Of a stretch of 64,000 nt of DNA, positions 61,111-64,000 are shown one piece after another. The stretch is from the human T2T-CHM13v2.0 reference genome, Homo sapiens, in NCBI RefSeq assembly GCF_009914755.1, contig NC_060939.1, one strand, 5' to 3'. Position 1 is the stretch's first letter. Each line of letters opens with the position of its first letter. The notes beneath the pieces were generated by a model that was not told where the DNA came from, searched no databases, and saw only the letters and a program-made list of their open reading frames with translations. A program made the translations under genes and the position numbers.

Positions 61111-62749
61111 CTTACGCTAACCCCCACACCTCCCAGTCTCTCTGCATAGCATCTATCTATAGTCACTTCCAATCTCACAGTCTTAATGCCCCTGAGACCT
61201 TGTCATCCTGGGGGAAGCCCCATTGATGTCTAATTTACCTTCCTGGCAACTTCTCTTCCCCATAAATCTAGACCAAGGCCAGGGTGAGCCTCTCTGTCAG
61301 ATTCTGTCTCCATCGGGCCCTAATTAGCCCAATGGAGATGGAACACCATGCCATCAGCGCTGGAAATTAGACTTGGGAAATCCCTGGTGGTGTTTAGGCC
61401 ATTATTACTCAGCCTGGGCTTGCTTCTGGGCTTTTAAGTGCATTAGCGCACTCTGCATTGACTTGACTGACTGCTCTGTGCTGGCTGACTTGTCAAATTA
61501 CCTCTCATTTGTACAGCTCACCTGATGTTGTTGAAGCACTTTCCTGGCATTGGGAGCTGCTGGTTCATCCTGAGGGATCTGGGGACTGGGCCTAGTTTTA
61601 CAGATGGAGAAGATGAGACATAGCTCTTTTGAGTAAGTGTGTGGTTGGTTTCCTTCAAATGCTTAATGTTTGTAACTGCAGTGATTTTCATGTGGAAAGA
61701 TCTAAAGTTTCAATTTGGCTACATAATAAGCCTCAGAATGAGGCCATGTTTCAAGGTATCAAAGTGAAGCATAGAGGGGATCAATTTGTTATTGAATATG
61801 GGCCCTGTAAGCCACCCAAAGGAATAGCCTGGATCTGGAGGTTGACAGCCATTATCTCCATCATCTGGAGTCACAGGCTGGTGGTCTAAAGTTACATAGC
61901 TGTTCTTGTTGCCCTAATGGAAGTGGTTTACCAGAGGCTGCCCAAGAATGACAGCATTACGAATACAGATCTGTGGTCTTGTGACTTCACCTTAGATCAG
62001 TGCCATCTCCCCACCTGGTGGGCAAAGGGGCTAGTTAGAAGGGAAGGGGCAACACATCTATCAATTCATCCCATCAACCCATCCACAATTCATCCATCTA
62101 TCGATGCATCTACCCATTCCTGAACCCATCCTTCCCACACATTTTAATTGAGCAACTACTAAGTACTAGGTTTCATACTTGATAGGCACTTAGGATGAGA
62201 CTGGTTGGAAGGAGTCTCAAGCAAATACCCAGCCAGGCAAAGAATAGTCTCCCGACATGGTTCAGGTGAAAATAATTCCAAAAGGCAGCAGTCGAGACCA
62301 GGGAGTCAGTTCCCCTGCACCAGCAGAAATACACACAGAATGGGAGTCAAAATAACCAAATAACCCACTCAACAAGCTGGAGAAAACAGCCCACGTTGGC
62401 ATGGGAATACCTCATCCTAGGCCGGTCTTCCAGGAGGAGTGACCTTGCTCTAAGTCCCTATGTAGTTGTGGGAGGAGAATCTGAGGACTTCCCACCTCAT
62501 GTCTAGAATGCAGGAGTCAAGCTGAGCCTTGGGTAGGAGTACCAGGAGACCAGGAATGGGGAGCTTGGAAAGGCTAAGTTTCGGGCATGAAACAGGGGTT
62601 CATGGGCAAGATTTTCCAGCTCTGCTAAGCTGGAAAAGTATTTCTCTTGATTGCTGTTTTGATATCAAGACTACCCCCCTACCTAGGTGCATCTACTTAC
62701 TTTCTCTGAAAGTGCAAACCTCTACTTCAGAAAAGTTCTAAAAATTTGC

Positions 62750-62945
62750 ATACATAAAAATTATTGTGGGGGTACTGTGACAATGCTCTTACTTGAGCCC
62801 TGACCCTACAGATTTGGATTCAGTGAGTCTGGTTGGGGAAGGTGGCTCTGGATGAGGGGTAGCTCAGGAATCTATATTTTAAATAAGTCAACCAGGAGAA
62901 TGAGAAGCCACCAGGGTATCCATGGAGACATTTTTAGAAGCACTG
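62750..62945. mobile_element. MER5-like remnant
   Basis: gattcagtgagtctgg..caggaatctatattttaaataag..agaagcactg. Confidence 0.5.
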
Positions 62946-63946
62946 CCAAATCCCATTGGCACACAGCTGTAGCCAGGGCCAGGTGCAGAAGGGGGTCCCT
63001 GCCATACCGGCCTCGTTTTCTCAAATTCTTAGCCCTGGTTCCTTTGACCCCACCCCTTGCCCACTCCCATCACCCTCTTTGCCATCATTTGCCCAAGTTG
63101 CTCTCCTGGGACTTGACCACCATTTAGGTTTAGGTCCATTCTCAGCCTGCTTTCCACAGCTCCATTCTAGTGGATGACCAGGCCTCATGAAGTTGGCTGC
63201 CACAAATAAAACCTTGAAAACAAGAAACTTCTAAAAGCTGGTGATCTGGGAAAGATAGGGCTTTTGTACCCAACTTTAAATTGGTGGTAGGAGATAGAAG
63301 CTGTATATTGTGATATTTCTTTGGCTTTTTCTTTTGGGGAACATAGTTAAATTACAGTATCAAGAGAGGCACAATTATAAAGAACTTGTGAATTTTGCTT
63401 TTTATAAATCTAGGAATACATCAGGATCCCTAGATTAAGGTGCCATTTCAAATGAGAAGTCCACATATTGATGACGATTCTGTATTTTACACGAAAAATT
63501 CCTTTCCTGGAACTTGTCCTGCTCAAAGGCAGAGGTAGTCCAATGAAAATTTTAAGTTTGTGAAACTCTTGCACCTCACTTCCCTTTTGCTTGGACTTTC
63601 CCCACAGTCTCTAGGACTCTCTGATTCTCCTACAAAGAAAAAAGAAGGCAACCAAGAAATTAATAACATAGTAAAAATCAGTTCCACCTACAACCACTAC
63701 CAGGAGTGTGTGTCTTTTAAAAGAAGTTGCATAGCAGGAGATGCTCTAAAAAGCAACATGCCAAGAGAATATTTGAGACATAGTGAACGGTTGCGGTCAA
63801 GGGGGACATTTTGGGACCTTGTATATCTTTCCGGATTTCCAGAGTCCACTGGTCATTGACTCTCTCACCTGTTCATGTAAGTGGCTCTGCTCAGGGTGGC
63901 ACTTTGGAAGGTCAGAGAGTAGCAAATATCAGGTGGGAAATCTGGC

Positions 63947-64000
63947 TTTTTTTTTTTTTTTTTTTTTTTTTTTTGAGACGGAGTCTCACTCTGTCGCCCA
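63947..64000 (-). mobile_element. Alu 3' end (runs off window)
   Basis: poly-T plus gagacggagtctcactctgtcgccca. Confidence 0.9.

Overview
This is non-coding, repeat-dense hominoid genomic DNA, most probably human intergenic or intronic sequence. No host protein-coding exon, RNA gene or CRISPR array can be supported, and most short ORFs in the track are Alu/L1 translation artefacts or chance ORFs. The dominant feature is a full-length, TSD-flanked L1PA2/L1PA3-type LINE-1 (31564-37530, +). It has an intact 5'UTR/YY1 site, intact ORF1 and intact antisense ORF0. Its ORF2 is split by a net 64-bp deletion that removes the PCNA-binding PIP box, and is truncated by a late nonsense codon. The window also holds about 33 Alu copies or fragments, old L1M/L2/MIR remnants, MaLR and ERVL LTRs, and hAT/Tigger MITEs. 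Two CpG-rich unique patches (~13.5-13.7 kb and ~27.0-27.85 kb) look regulatory. I found no convincing new biological system. The notable items are local: the naturally split L1 ORF2, an AluJ with a ~75-bp flanking duplication, an inverted micro-Alu, several template-switch or duplication scars, and a decayed TAATTA-centred palindrome. Repeat subfamily calls come from remembered consensus sequences and should be confirmed with RepeatMasker/Dfam.
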